IMG/VR virus record: IMGVR_UViG_3300045988_126562
Reading direction: 5' to 3' (one strand)
DNA: 64,000 nucleotides
Origin: a virus
Shown: one piece after another, positions 19,688-29,767 of the stretch
How positions within the stretch are numbered: position 1 is the stretch's first letter
How the letters are laid out: each line of letters starts with the position of its first letter
Notes under the pieces: model-generated
The model's input: the letters and a program-made list of their open reading frames with translations, nothing else
Databases searched by the model: none
What the model was told of the DNA's origin: nothing
Program-made: the position numbers and the translations under genes

Positions 19688-20301
19688 TTTTTAGACTTTA
19701 CTGTATTTTTAGACTTAGGTTTTTCAGATAAGATCTCTTCTGCTGTTAAATTAGGAGTTATATTGTCTCTTACTGGTTCTGCTTCTGGAGTAGGTGTGGA
19801 AGATACTCCAGAATGCCCAAATCCTTGCTCTCCTCTGTCTGTAGAGTCTAACTCAATAACAGTTTTCCAAGATATTTGTTCTACTTTACATATAACCATT
19901 TGAGCTATTCTATCTCCTTGTTTAATTTCAAAATTCTCATTTCCTAAATTAACAAGAACAACTCCTACGTTTCCTCTATAATCAGCATCAATAGTTCCTG
20001 GGGTATTTAAACAAGTAATACCTTTTTTAATAGCTAGCCCACTTCTAGGTCTAACTTGAGCTTCGTATCCTTCCGGTAAAGCTATAAATAGATTAGTAGG
20101 AATTAATGCTCTTCCTCCTGGACGGATAGTAACACTTTCCAATACTGTTTTATCTTCATTCCAAGTAGTAAAGGAATTAAATGCCATAATTTTTGATGTT
20201 ACATCAGAAAAATCTGCCATTAAATCACATCCAGCAGAATTAGTTGTAGCATATTCTGGAAGTGAATTTTTTGATTTGTTTAATACTTTTACTTCAATCA
20301 T
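19684..20301 (-). CDS. dut: dUTPase with C-terminal extension
   Basis: Motifs [16 protein letters not shown] and GTIDADYRG, plus a ~50-aa low-complexity tail. Confidence 0.85.
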   Translation of the reverse strand: MIEVKVLNKSKNSLPEYATTNSAGCDLMADFSDVTSKIMAFNSFTTWNEDKTVLESVTIRPGGRALIPTNLFIALPEGYEAQVRPRSGLAIKKGITCLNTPGTIDADYRGNVGVVLVNLGNENFEIKQGDRIAQMVICKVEQISWKTVIELDSTDRGEQGFGHSGVSSTPTPEAEPVRDNITPNLTAEEILSEKPKSKNTVKSKK

Positions 20302-20545
20302 TTACTGAATAATTATTTTTAAAATCATTAGCTTTTAGTACTTTCAAAAGTCTATTATCTTCATCAAATACTAAATAATCTCCATAATCAACATTTTGCC
20401 ATCCATGTCTCTTAGTATTAACTAGTGATTGACCCATATGATCGTCCATATTATCTGGACCTATAGTATCAATTATTTCTGCAAGACTATGAGGTCCAAA
20501 TTGGATAGCTCCTCTTTTTACTGGTTTAGGTGTACACTTAATCAT
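20294..20545 (-). CDS. Hypothetical protein
   Basis: 83-aa ORF in a co-oriented array. Confidence 0.4.
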   Translation of the reverse strand: MIKCTPKPVKRGAIQFGPHSLAEIIDTIGPDNMDDHMGQSLVNTKRHGWQNVDYGDYLVFDEDNRLLKVLKANDFKNNYSVND

Positions 20546-21239
20546 ATATTTTATGTTCTGTGTTAGTATCTATATCTAAAATAGAATTAGTCTCCAAGTT
20601 TAAACTAAATGGCCTTCTTACATCCAAACAAGCTATGTTTTTTGTAATATAGGGGGCACTCTCCAATTGAGTATGCCCCACTATTTGATAATATCCATCT
20701 ATTAACTTATGTCTTTGAGATTCATTAATATCTGCCCAAACACAACTACCTACATCATCAAACCCTCCCCTCCAAGAACTTATATCTTCTAAGAAATTGG
20801 TAGAAAAGTTTTGGGATTTTAAATCATATATAGATATATCATATTTGTCCAACCATTCTTGATGTATTGCAGCATGGGAAAATATGAAATTTTTCTCTAT
20901 ATGGATGGTCTGAAATAAATCACTATTATCTTGAAATAGTTGATTCATTTCACTTCTTTTTCCATAATTCAATCTGGAACAATCCATGAACTGTAGGCTT
21001 ATATAATGCCAATCATGATTACCTTTCAAAAGAATTACCTTGTCCATATTGTCTCTTTTGAATTTTATAATCTCTTTAAAGTTAGAAATGGCAAAATCAA
21101 ATGAGATAACTTCCCAAAAATAAGGATCTAAGTAATCTCCTAAAAATATTACTTTATCGTACTTGTCTATATTGTCTATAGCGTACTTCCAAAATGTTCT
21201 TCCATGAACATCTGGTATAATTAAAATCTTATTTGTCAT
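20538..21239 (-). CDS. Ser/Thr-phosphatase-type metallophosphoesterase
   Basis: Motifs IPDVHGR, LGDYLD, GNHD and VGHT. Confidence 0.7.
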   Translation of the reverse strand: MTNKILIIPDVHGRTFWKYAIDNIDKYDKVIFLGDYLDPYFWEVISFDFAISNFKEIIKFKRDNMDKVILLKGNHDWHYISLQFMDCSRLNYGKRSEMNQLFQDNSDLFQTIHIEKNFIFSHAAIHQEWLDKYDISIYDLKSQNFSTNFLEDISSWRGGFDDVGSCVWADINESQRHKLIDGYYQIVGHTQLESAPYITKNIACLDVRRPFSLNLETNSILDIDTNTEHKIYD

Positions 21240-21535
21240 AGTACTTCGTTATCTATATATTCTAAAATATTTGAAACAGTACATTCTCCTACTTCTGAAT
21301 AGAATGCTTTTATTATTTCTTTATCATCATTATATATTGCACAAAATGGCAATAATCTGGCTCCACAAGACGCTTTTAGTTGCAAAGCATCTTTTCTTTG
21401 TTTATGATGTTCTTCGTTATAAGATACTAAATTAAACTTTATCAAAGAATTTTCATCTCTTTTATCCAAAGCTTTTGTTAATTGTTCTCCTATACTATCT
21501 CCTTGCCCTATTGAATAAACAATTTTGATTGTCAT
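21236..21535 (-). CDS. Hypothetical protein
   Basis: 99-aa ORF with an ATGA overlap. Confidence 0.4.
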   Translation of the reverse strand: MTIKIVYSIGQGDSIGEQLTKALDKRDENSLIKFNLVSYNEEHHKQRKDALQLKASCGARLLPFCAIYNDDKEIIKAFYSEVGECTVSNILEYIDNEVL

Positions 21536-22947
21536 ACTAAAATATAAGCGTCCCCTCTAGTTCTAGATACAGCAACATACTGTAATTGTCTTAACTCTTC
21601 TGAATCTTGAACTTTTCCTATATTACCCATATCAACAAATACTCTATTGTAAGAACTTCCCTGTGACTTATGCACAGTAGAAGCATATCCATAATCAAAG
21701 GTTTTCTTTTTAATTACTCTATTGTCATAGAATAAATTAAACGGTGTAGCAAAACTATTTAAAGTTTCAAAATATCTTTTCCAAGTGTCAGTAGCTCTCT
21801 TGCCTTTAGACTTTAACTCCAATGCTCTTAATCTAGTAGTTTCTATTAAGTTAGATAAATTAATAAGGGTTTGAGTATCATTTTCTCTAGATATAACAAA
21901 TACACTATGAGTACTTTTATAAACAGAATCATATAACTCTAAATTGTATCCAAGTATAGATTCATTCATATTAGGTATCCTTTTACTTATTTGGAAGGGA
22001 TCATTAGTTATTACATAATCTAATGAATTCCAAAATTTATAATTATCATACTCAAAATTATCATATCCAGTTAAAATCTCCCCTTTATTGAACTCTTTGT
22101 CAGAGTCTTTCTCAAATATCACTTTTCTTGCTACGTTATTAAATGAATTAACTCTAGCATTAGTGTATGCTAATATTTTACAATTTAATACGTTTTTTGT
22201 ACTTACTGATTCCTTGAGAAATGGCTGAGCAGCTAACATAAAACCCTTTGCGGAATTATATACGTTAAACGAATCATGTTCTCCTTTCATTGTTTCAAAT
22301 TTAGAAGTAGCATGATCTCTAAGAGTTGATAATATAGATAATACAGGACTATCTTTTGCCTGCCTATATATCTTAGTTAAGGTTATAATATTTGGAAGAT
22401 TAAATACCTTAGAAGTAGTTTTTGCCTTTACTGGCTGAATTTGCTTTATATCCCCCACAAACACTATTTTAGCTTTTACTGATCCACATTTGTCAATTAG
22501 CAATTGAAATAGATCATCATTTATCATTGAAGCCTCATCCACTATAACTATTCCGTTATATGGTATAGTCATACTAAAATTAGGATTTGATTTTGATGTC
22601 TCGAAAATTAACTCTCTATAGTCTAGAGCAAATATTTCTATATTGGGAGACAATGCTAATAACTGATGCACCGTCTGCGCCTCATTGCCAGTAAGAGCTT
22701 CTATAACTAATTTAGCTTTATGTGTTGGAGCAGCTAAGGCATAACTAATTTCTTCATCATCCAAGTAATCAATGAACTCCCTTAATATTGTGGTTTTACC
22801 TGTTCCGGCACTGCCACTTAAAGTAATACATTTTTCCTTATTTGATACAAATTCTTCCAACTTTTTTAAAGCATCTATTTGTTCTTCTCCTAGTTTTACT
22901 GTTTCTATTTTTGGTTTTAATGAAAATGTAAATCCAGCTCCAAACAT
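21532..22947 (-). CDS. Dda/RecD-like SF1 DNA helicase
   Basis: Walker A GSAGTGKTT, Walker B IVDEASMI, and C-terminal TVHKSQGSS / VAVSRTR motifs. Confidence 0.8.
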   Translation of the reverse strand: MFGAGFTFSLKPKIETVKLGEEQIDALKKLEEFVSNKEKCITLSGSAGTGKTTILREFIDYLDDEEISYALAAPTHKAKLVIEALTGNEAQTVHQLLALSPNIEIFALDYRELIFETSKSNPNFSMTIPYNGIVIVDEASMINDDLFQLLIDKCGSVKAKIVFVGDIKQIQPVKAKTTSKVFNLPNIITLTKIYRQAKDSPVLSILSTLRDHATSKFETMKGEHDSFNVYNSAKGFMLAAQPFLKESVSTKNVLNCKILAYTNARVNSFNNVARKVIFEKDSDKEFNKGEILTGYDNFEYDNYKFWNSLDYVITNDPFQISKRIPNMNESILGYNLELYDSVYKSTHSVFVISRENDTQTLINLSNLIETTRLRALELKSKGKRATDTWKRYFETLNSFATPFNLFYDNRVIKKKTFDYGYASTVHKSQGSSYNRVFVDMGNIGKVQDSEELRQLQYVAVSRTRGDAYILV

Positions 22948-23436
22948 TTACTTCCAAAATACTTCTGTTATGTCTTCTAATCCATATATTGGATTACCTT
23001 TTTCATCTAATTCTTTACACATTTTGACTTCGTATAATCTTTGATTAGTGGTAGGACTTTTTAGACCTCCCAGTTCCTCAATATAAGGACCTAATTTAAT
23101 ATAGTTGAATTTGGATATATCTATATTTTTCGGAAGCTCTTGCCTTCCTGAATACCAGGCATATCTTAATCCAGCTATATTCCTTACTAATTCAGAAAAA
23201 TACTCTACTTCCTGTGGTTCAGAATCGCCTCCCATCATAGCTACACAGGTTATTCCTTTGTTCTTTTTAAGCAATTCCAAAAGAGAGTGGGCTGTTAATT
23301 CAGTTCCAATGTCCCCTGCCAAGTAAGAACTATGGCAGCCCTTACAATGGCATGGACAATTGGATATATTTATTGCTAAAGTAGTTTCATTAGGAATTTC
23401 CTGGAATACTACATCAGTGTTTACATATTTCAACAT
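22948..23436 (-). CDS. nrdG: Anaerobic ribonucleotide reductase activating protein (radical SAM)
   Basis: Cluster motif CPCHCKGCH, 162 aa, immediately downstream of nrdD. Confidence 0.8.
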   Translation of the reverse strand: MLKYVNTDVVFQEIPNETTLAINISNCPCHCKGCHSSYLAGDIGTELTAHSLLELLKKNKGITCVAMMGGDSEPQEVEYFSELVRNIAGLRYAWYSGRQELPKNIDISKFNYIKLGPYIEELGGLKSPTTNQRLYEVKMCKELDEKGNPIYGLEDITEVFWK

Positions 23437-25572
23437 TTATCCTTTATAATAATATCGTTTATTTGCTTCCCTTTGTCTAGCTTCACTAAAATTAGATACT
23501 CTTTTTAGATATCCTATAACTCTAGTAGCATAGTCTATATTTTTGCTTCCACAAGATGGACATTCATGTAAATATCTTTTATCTATATGTCCACACTCAT
23601 TACAGATGGTGTTAGGAATGTTAAAAGTAAAATAATTTGTTCCATTCACTGCTGCCACTTTCAGTAGATTTCTATATTGGTCTTTAGTTAAATGCTCCTC
23701 TAGGTTCATATGTAGAGCACTACCTCCATCAAGGTATTTAACATAGTCTCCACCATGTAGCTTGAATTTATCTAACACATTTAGTGTAGTATCCTCTACC
23801 TTATAGAAATAAGAATTATAACATTCTCTAGGTACTATATATCCCGATTCCTTATCCCATTTGGCATGTTTAACTCCAAGAGATTCAGCTGGAACAAATT
23901 CTGTATTAAACATAAGTTCTTTTGTTCTAGCTTTTTTATTTTCTTCACTTATAGAAGATAGAATAGATTGCATAAATTCCTTATATGTAGGATTATCACT
24001 TATGTCTATACCTAGGTATTCGGCTGCTTCTACTACTCCATTTATTCCTATAGTTAAATATTGCTTATCCAAGGAGATAAATCCAGCTTTATACACTGGC
24101 AATAATCCCTCTTCATAAAACTCTTTTAGTAGCTCATTAAAAGCAGTTTGATATTTATGTACTTTTCTAACATTTTCTCTTAGATAATCTAACATATCAT
24201 ATCCATTTCTTACTGCATTTTGCACTAAACGGTTAATATTAAGAGTCATTACTGATTTAGAACCAGTGGCAATACCCCCTGCTCCTAGAGAATAACTAAA
24301 TTGATTTTCAGTTACTTCATTCCTTAGTCTGCAACAACTTGATAAACTATCAGCAGAATCAGACATATAAGTGAAGAAGGAATGTCCTTCTGCGTACATT
24401 TCAGCGGTAAAATCAGCATACTCTTTATCGACTACATCTTGTCCATCTGTTAATAAAGCCATAGTTTCTACTGGAAACGTAAGAATAGTTTTAGTTCTTT
24501 CTTTATTGAACCACTTCATAAATTTCTTTTGAAGCCAATTAAGGGAATCCCACTTTGGTTGAGTTCCATCAGGAAAATAAAACTCTCCAAACATTCCATC
24601 GAAGTAGTTCTTATCAAAATAACTTATATTCCAGAAAATACTTTGAAATCCCCTTGCAGCAGCAGGCTGATTCATGGAATACACTATTTGTTGGAATTTT
24701 TGTTCAATTACTTTTTCTATTGTTCTGGTTTCAGTAAGTTTAGCAGAATTTATAGAATTTAATTGTGCTCCTTCTAGTGTGGTATCAGTTTCAAATCTCA
24801 TCTGGCAGTTAGCATCAGGATATTTATAATAGTCGTCACCCCATTCTTTACGGGCAAAATAATCAAAATACATTAAAAACTCACCAGTTGCTAAAGCTCC
24901 TGCAAACTGAGAACTTACAGCAAAGCACAAATTAATAAATATTCCACAGAAGGAATCTAAATTCTTTGGCTTTGCAGATAACCCTCCTAAGTCCTGTAAA
25001 CCATTTAAAAGAAATGGATACATAGTTATAGCTACACAGTATGGCATGATACTAGTTTCATCATGCTTATACAGCTCATGAGATTCCAATTGCCTAATAT
25101 ATTCTTTAGCCAAATCCTCTCCATAAAGTTCCCTAATTTTATCTACCAACCTAGCCCTATTTAATTTAATAGTATCAGCTTTAAATAATTCTGCATTAAG
25201 AGTAGCAACATTCTTCTCAGTTACGTTAGCATTAGAGTCTACTTTGCTGCCTGTGGCTGCATTAATAGCTCTGGCGTAATCTTTTATAAATTTCTTTTTA
25301 GCAATTATAGCCTGCTTTTCATCTTCCTTATACCTATATATAATAAATGTCTTAGCAACCTCTCCATAGTCATTCATCATGAGAGCGTTTTCTACTTGAT
25401 TTTGTATTTGCTGAGCACTTACTATATTTTGAAAACACATATCATCTACTATTTGATCTATGATTTCATCATCTACAGGTTCATTACAAGCATGAAATGC
25501 TTTAATTAAAGATTGTTCCAGTTTATCCCAATTAAACGGCTCTACTGTATGATTACGTTTTATTACTAACAT
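23437..25572 (-). CDS. nrdD: Anaerobic ribonucleoside-triphosphate reductase
   Basis: 711 aa with a C-terminal zinc site CNECGH...CPSCGS and a glycyl-radical motif RVIGYLKRV. Confidence 0.9.
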   Translation of the reverse strand: MLVIKRNHTVEPFNWDKLEQSLIKAFHACNEPVDDEIIDQIVDDMCFQNIVSAQQIQNQVENALMMNDYGEVAKTFIIYRYKEDEKQAIIAKKKFIKDYARAINAATGSKVDSNANVTEKNVATLNAELFKADTIKLNRARLVDKIRELYGEDLAKEYIRQLESHELYKHDETSIMPYCVAITMYPFLLNGLQDLGGLSAKPKNLDSFCGIFINLCFAVSSQFAGALATGEFLMYFDYFARKEWGDDYYKYPDANCQMRFETDTTLEGAQLNSINSAKLTETRTIEKVIEQKFQQIVYSMNQPAAARGFQSIFWNISYFDKNYFDGMFGEFYFPDGTQPKWDSLNWLQKKFMKWFNKERTKTILTFPVETMALLTDGQDVVDKEYADFTAEMYAEGHSFFTYMSDSADSLSSCCRLRNEVTENQFSYSLGAGGIATGSKSVMTLNINRLVQNAVRNGYDMLDYLRENVRKVHKYQTAFNELLKEFYEEGLLPVYKAGFISLDKQYLTIGINGVVEAAEYLGIDISDNPTYKEFMQSILSSISEENKKARTKELMFNTEFVPAESLGVKHAKWDKESGYIVPRECYNSYFYKVEDTTLNVLDKFKLHGGDYVKYLDGGSALHMNLEEHLTKDQYRNLLKVAAVNGTNYFTFNIPNTICNECGHIDKRYLHECPSCGSKNIDYATRVIGYLKRVSNFSEARQREANKRYYYKG

Positions 25573-26339
25573 TAAAGTTCAAGTATTGTTTTTAATAGTA
25601 AGGTCTTTTCTACCTTATTCATAATATCTTTATCGTCATCAGTTATAATCTGAGTAAAGGCATTATAAACAGTAAACATATCTACTTGGTCCACATCCTC
25701 CTCTATATAATAAGGAGATTTAGCATCTATGAATAATTTTTTAAATGCTGTTACTGGAGAAGATGTAGCTAATTTTACCTTACCATATCCTCCATCATAA
25801 CTTCTAACCATAGAATTATGAACCCATCTTCCTAATTCTCTTTCTAAACTTTCTCTGTCTCTACTAAAAAATGTGTCAGATAATTTTTCTAACCATACTT
25901 TCGCATCATTAGTTTGCTCCATTAAAGTTTTAATTGGTCTATAATCTATGGCTGTATTTGGTTCTAACTCTTGAGTATTTAAAAATGAAGGGTTAAATAC
26001 ACATAGGTTAGTACAAGCCATATTTAAAGCACCTCTATAAATCTTAACGATTGGCTTTCTAACATCCAATCCGTATAAGAATCCTACAACCTCTTGATGG
26101 TTATCAAATATACCTTCTCCTGGCATAACAGCCTGGACCCACACTCTATTATAAGTAATATCCTCTGTGGAATCCAATTTGGTAATCTGATCTGGCAATC
26201 TAACCTCTACTCTAATATCATCTGTGAATTTGCTCATTCGATCTAGGAACGGTTCTACATAGCTTTTAGTTGGAAGATATTCTCTATCTTTAATAATCGT
26301 TCCTTTACCTTTTAATAACTCATCAATACTAATTTTCAT
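25572..26339 (-). CDS. Hypothetical protein (255 aa)
   Basis: Intact ORF abutting nrdD. No motif confidently recognised. Confidence 0.45.
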   Translation of the reverse strand: MKISIDELLKGKGTIIKDREYLPTKSYVEPFLDRMSKFTDDIRVEVRLPDQITKLDSTEDITYNRVWVQAVMPGEGIFDNHQEVVGFLYGLDVRKPIVKIYRGALNMACTNLCVFNPSFLNTQELEPNTAIDYRPIKTLMEQTNDAKVWLEKLSDTFFSRDRESLERELGRWVHNSMVRSYDGGYGKVKLATSSPVTAFKKLFIDAKSPYYIEEDVDQVDMFTVYNAFTQIITDDDKDIMNKVEKTLLLKTILEL

Positions 26340-26344
26340 TCAAA

Positions 26345-26845
26345 TTATATTAAATAGTACCTACTACCGTAGTTAACTAATGAATTTTCCACTACCTTAT
26401 CAACACATTCTAAAGTATCTAATACATAAGATGCTTGAGTTCTAGTCATATCTAAACATTCAGTTAAAACTGAGTAGGCTGCCTCTCTATCAGACTCAAA
26501 TTCTCCAAAATACTCGTCTAAAGCTTCATACATAGCACTCTTTCCTAAAGATATGTTGTCTCCATTCAGGTCCAAGTAAGATAAAATAATGTCTTGATCT
26601 TCTTCATCAAACTCCATTAATTCCCTATATCCCTCAAAAATCTCATCTATTTTTGCACCATCAAAAGACATACACACATCTAGGCTTCCAGTTAACTCTA
26701 TAGTAAAGTCTTCCATAGTTCTATCTATTACTTGGTCTTGGTTACAATCAAGTAATTTCATAAGTCTGAATTTTAATAAATCGTATGTCTCAAACTTACT
26801 TAGAAATAATTCCAGATTTCCATCACTTAGTTTTATATCAATCAT
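26345..26845 (-). CDS. Hypothetical highly acidic protein
   Basis: 166-aa ORF, Asp/Glu-rich throughout. Confidence 0.4.
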   Translation of the reverse strand: MIDIKLSDGNLELFLSKFETYDLLKFRLMKLLDCNQDQVIDRTMEDFTIELTGSLDVCMSFDGAKIDEIFEGYRELMEFDEEDQDIILSYLDLNGDNISLGKSAMYEALDEYFGEFESDREAAYSVLTECLDMTRTQASYVLDTLECVDKVVENSLVNYGSRYYLI

Positions 26846-28238
26846 TATTTTGTAATTCTATAGTGCCATTAAGTAATATATTATCTTCTATTATGTGATA
26901 ATTTACATGTGCAGGAGTGTTGCCATATCCTAACATACAATAATCTGAAGAGCCGAAAAACGATCCAACTTTCCAATATTTGAAAGCTTTTCCTCTGCCC
27001 ATAGCTTCATTATGCAAATCTCCACTAACTATATTTACATTTTTCTTAAGATTTGGCTGAGATGCAATGTATTGAGTTAAAAGGACCTCATTTTTAGGAT
27101 CTAAGTTCATAGGTAATCCTTTTTTCATAAATTTATCATCTTTGCCATGACATATAAAATATGTATATTCATCAACATCATATCTCAAAAAGAATGAATC
27201 AGATACATATACTTCTATATCTGGATATTCCAATTTTAATTGAGCTGCTACTAGATTAGAAGCTGTCCATTCTGTAATACCTCCGTGATTACCGCAGGGC
27301 ACTGATAAAAAGCTATAAGATTCAGCCAGCTTTAAATTTATCATTTCTTGGAACAAATACCTAATAGCCGAAATATATCCATAAACTTGCTCTTTATTAT
27401 CCATATTTTGAGGCATGAAATGATCTCTCCTTGCAGTTTGATTGTCCATTCCATCCAATGCATCTCCCACATTTACTACTACTATTTTGTAAAATCTTCC
27501 CAGACTATACAAATAAGAGATAATAGTGATAATTCTTTCCTGCACTGCCTCCATATCATAGTTGTTTTCATACATAGATCCAGATTCTACTTTAGCTCCT
27601 ATGTGCATATCGGCTAGGAATAAGATCAGAGTCTTAGAGTTGTCATTTTTAATGATTGGAATAGGCTTTCTTTCAAATTCAATATTGGGGTTGTTGACGA
27701 AATTTTCCATAAGAGAATTAAAATACTCCCTAGAATTTTTCAATTCATTGATTTCCGAAGCCATTTTGTTAATGACATTCTTAAAATCCCTCTCTTGTCT
27801 AGCATCTGCACATTTGAAAGCTGCTCTTTCTTTTAGGCTCATTCTATATTCTGATAACTGCTCTTCTGTTAATTCTTCCCCCATGTGAGGAGGGAACCAA
27901 GCACTATCTTTAGTCAATTTGAATGCCCTGAATATCTTCTTTACTTCTGATAAAGTAAATCTTGGAAACTCATTTGTTACATTTCTAGCTGTAACATTAC
28001 CACCATAATAAGTATAAAGTCCAAACAATTTTTCAGCCTCATCCCTAGAAAGCTCTGCATAGAAATCTCTTGAATCTCGTACTTTAACATCTACCTTATA
28101 TTTTACAATCTTTCCTTTTCCAGAATCTAATTTAACAGTATTACTTCTAACGATAGTTACTGATGCTAAAGATTCTGATTCTTTATAATCTTCAACTTCT
28201 GTGCAAATTTCTTCCTTAAATGTACTCATATTTTTCAA
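26838..28238 (-). CDS. Metallophosphoesterase with ~190-aa N-terminal extension
   Basis: Motifs LADMHIG, VGDALDG, CGNHGG and SGDLH. Confidence 0.6.
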   Translation of the reverse strand: MKNMSTFKEEICTEVEDYKESESLASVTIVRSNTVKLDSGKGKIVKYKVDVKVRDSRDFYAELSRDEAEKLFGLYTYYGGNVTARNVTNEFPRFTLSEVKKIFRAFKLTKDSAWFPPHMGEELTEEQLSEYRMSLKERAAFKCADARQERDFKNVINKMASEINELKNSREYFNSLMENFVNNPNIEFERKPIPIIKNDNSKTLILFLADMHIGAKVESGSMYENNYDMEAVQERIITIISYLYSLGRFYKIVVVNVGDALDGMDNQTARRDHFMPQNMDNKEQVYGYISAIRYLFQEMINLKLAESYSFLSVPCGNHGGITEWTASNLVAAQLKLEYPDIEVYVSDSFFLRYDVDEYTYFICHGKDDKFMKKGLPMNLDPKNEVLLTQYIASQPNLKKNVNIVSGDLHNEAMGRGKAFKYWKVGSFFGSSDYCMLGYGNTPAHVNYHIIEDNILLNGTIELQNND

Positions 28239-28276
28239 ATTTCTTTGTTTTACTATAGTTTAATTTGAGAGAAATT

Positions 28277-28675
28277 TTAATCTATTAATTTCTCAATTTT
28301 TTCTTTCAATTCTTCTCCATTATATTCTGATAAGAGCCTCTTTATTTCGGCTTTTAGATCTAAATCAGGAAGCTCGTCAGTATACTCTTCCTTAAATTCG
28401 GTAGTACTTTTAATGACAGTATCAGAAAATATATCCTCTATATTTCTCCTATCAGTATCCCACCTTTTATTAACTACATCATCATATAATTGTACTACTT
28501 CTTGATATAGAGCATTTTCTATATCATGCTGTAGCTTTATGTTTCTTACAGCTTGATATAAGTAGTTACTGGATAAAGAATTGTTAATACATACTTTTTG
28601 CAAACTTATTTTTTGCTGTTTTGCTTCTGTTAATAAATCTATTACTTTATGATATGTATCTAATCTTGTTGCCAT
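28277..28675 (-). CDS. Hypothetical protein
   Basis: 132-aa ORF. No motif recognised. Confidence 0.4.
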   Translation of the reverse strand: MATRLDTYHKVIDLLTEAKQQKISLQKVCINNSLSSNYLYQAVRNIKLQHDIENALYQEVVQLYDDVVNKRWDTDRRNIEDIFSDTVIKSTTEFKEEYTDELPDLDLKAEIKRLLSEYNGEELKEKIEKLID

Positions 28676-28687
28676 AAAATTTTACTT

Positions 28688-28733
28688 ATATAAAAAAATA
28701 AAGGAGGACTATCTGTAATCAGATAACCCTCCT
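28688..28733 (-). terminator. Rho-independent terminator downstream of 28760..29299
   Basis: Hairpin AGGAGG(A)CTATCTG-TAAT-CAGATA(ACC)CTCCT at 28702-28733. On the minus strand it is followed by TTATTTTTTTATAT. Confidence 0.5.
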
Positions 28734-28759
28734 ATAAAGATATTGCGAGAGAAGTAAAA

Positions 28760-29299
28760 TTAGTCTTTCTCGATTCCGAAGAAGATGTAATGACCTTCTT
28801 TTGAACTCTTAGACGGAGCATAATCCATTGTAAATGCAATTGGTTCACCCTCTGCAACTTCCTTAGTATAATTGCAAATTACAGAACCTCTGTATCCACC
28901 TTCTGTATACAGCTTCTTAGCTAGTTCTTTAGCCTTAGCTTTGTTTTCAGTTGTCTTTGCTAGTTCTTCTCCAGTTTCTTTGTTCTTAATAATATAAGTA
29001 GTTACATACTTACGTTTTCCTTTTTCATTTACTACATCATTCATTTTGTAAGGACGTTCCCTTGTATCAGCAGACCCCGGTTTATAAGTGATGGAGCAAG
29101 CTGTTCCTGGTGCATTCTTCGTGTGCTTCTCTAAATAGTTAGCACAAAATGTCTTAAATTCCTTGTCTAATGGAGAAGGCTCTCCTGCTTTCTTCCATGC
29201 CTGTGTAGCATCACGTTGTACGAAAAATGTGTCCTTTACTCGTTCTACTGCTTCTGCTCTAGTAAATGCTTTTACTTCTACTCTCTTAAAATTAGCCAT
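28760..29299 (-). CDS. Hypothetical Lys-rich protein in a monocistronic, probably highly expressed unit
   Basis: 179-aa ORF flanked by two promoter-like motifs upstream and a strong hairpin terminator downstream. Confidence 0.5.
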   Translation of the reverse strand: MANFKRVEVKAFTRAEAVERVKDTFFVQRDATQAWKKAGEPSPLDKEFKTFCANYLEKHTKNAPGTACSITYKPGSADTRERPYKMNDVVNEKGKRKYVTTYIIKNKETGEELAKTTENKAKAKELAKKLYTEGGYRGSVICNYTKEVAEGEPIAFTMDYAPSKSSKEGHYIFFGIEKD

Positions 29300-29360
29300 A
29301 ATTATTACAATTTAAAAATTCATTAATTCATTATCCTTGATCTCGTTGCTTTTTGTACTA

Positions 29361-29368
29361 CAAAGATA
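29361..29368 (-). promoter_or_regulatory. Bacteroidota-type -7 promoter box (TATCTTTG), proximal copy
   Basis: The minus strand reads GTACTATCTTTGTAGTAC, matching TAnnTTTG, with a TTTG about 22 nt upstream. It lies 62 nt upstream of the start at 29299. Confidence 0.4.
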
Positions 29369-29449
29369 GTACTTTTAGGTGAGTCCACCAAATCTTTTTG
29401 TGTTAAATTTTGTAGTTTTGAACTACTCTTTCTTCCCGAAAGAGTGATA

Positions 29450-29457
29450 CAAAGATA
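29450..29457 (-). promoter_or_regulatory. Bacteroidota-type -7 promoter box (TATCTTTG), distal copy
   Basis: The minus strand reads GTAGTATCTTTGTATCAC, with a TTTG about 22 nt upstream. This near-duplicate of the proximal box is separated from it by a CTCTTTC/GAAAGAG hairpin. Confidence 0.35.
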
Positions 29458-29557
29458 CTACAAAAACTTGATCTGACCAAATGGTCTGTGGATAAAAAAA
29501 TCTAAAATTGTAATTTTTTGATCTGGCTTTTCTTGTTTATATAAAAGTTATTAATAC

Positions 29558-29767
29558 TTACTTCCTATGATTCATCTCATAATAAGTATCAACACTTTCT
29601 CTGAACCACAATTCTGGAGTATCCTCACAAATACCCAGATTTATAAGAGCTTGCCCAAATCTTAATTCAGGATACTCTTTTAACATATTAGATAGCTCGT
29701 CAAGAATTTTAATATTATATTCATTTCTGCAAGCTATTTTTTCATTTACATTCAAAATGGGAGCCAA
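29558..29767 (-). CDS. Hypothetical protein
   Basis: 69-aa ORF in a co-oriented array. Confidence 0.35.
   Translation of the reverse strand: MAPILNVNEKIACRNEYNIKILDELSNMLKEYPELRFGQALINLGICEDTPELWFRESVDTYYEMNHRK

Noticed and set aside
11599-26845. Highly acidic small proteins (11599-11898, 14699-15046, 26345-26845) as Ocr/ArdA-like DNA mimics
   Set aside because: Acidic composition alone is weak evidence, and I could see no repeat pattern or helical charge periodicity. Noted as hypothetical proteins only.
29497-29505. Perfect DnaA-box 9-mer TTATCCACA (minus strand) as evidence for a replication origin
   Set aside because: A single 9-mer is expected by chance roughly once per 100-250 kb of two-stranded search space. 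There is no cluster of boxes. It is mentioned only as context within the 28.7-29.6 kb finding.
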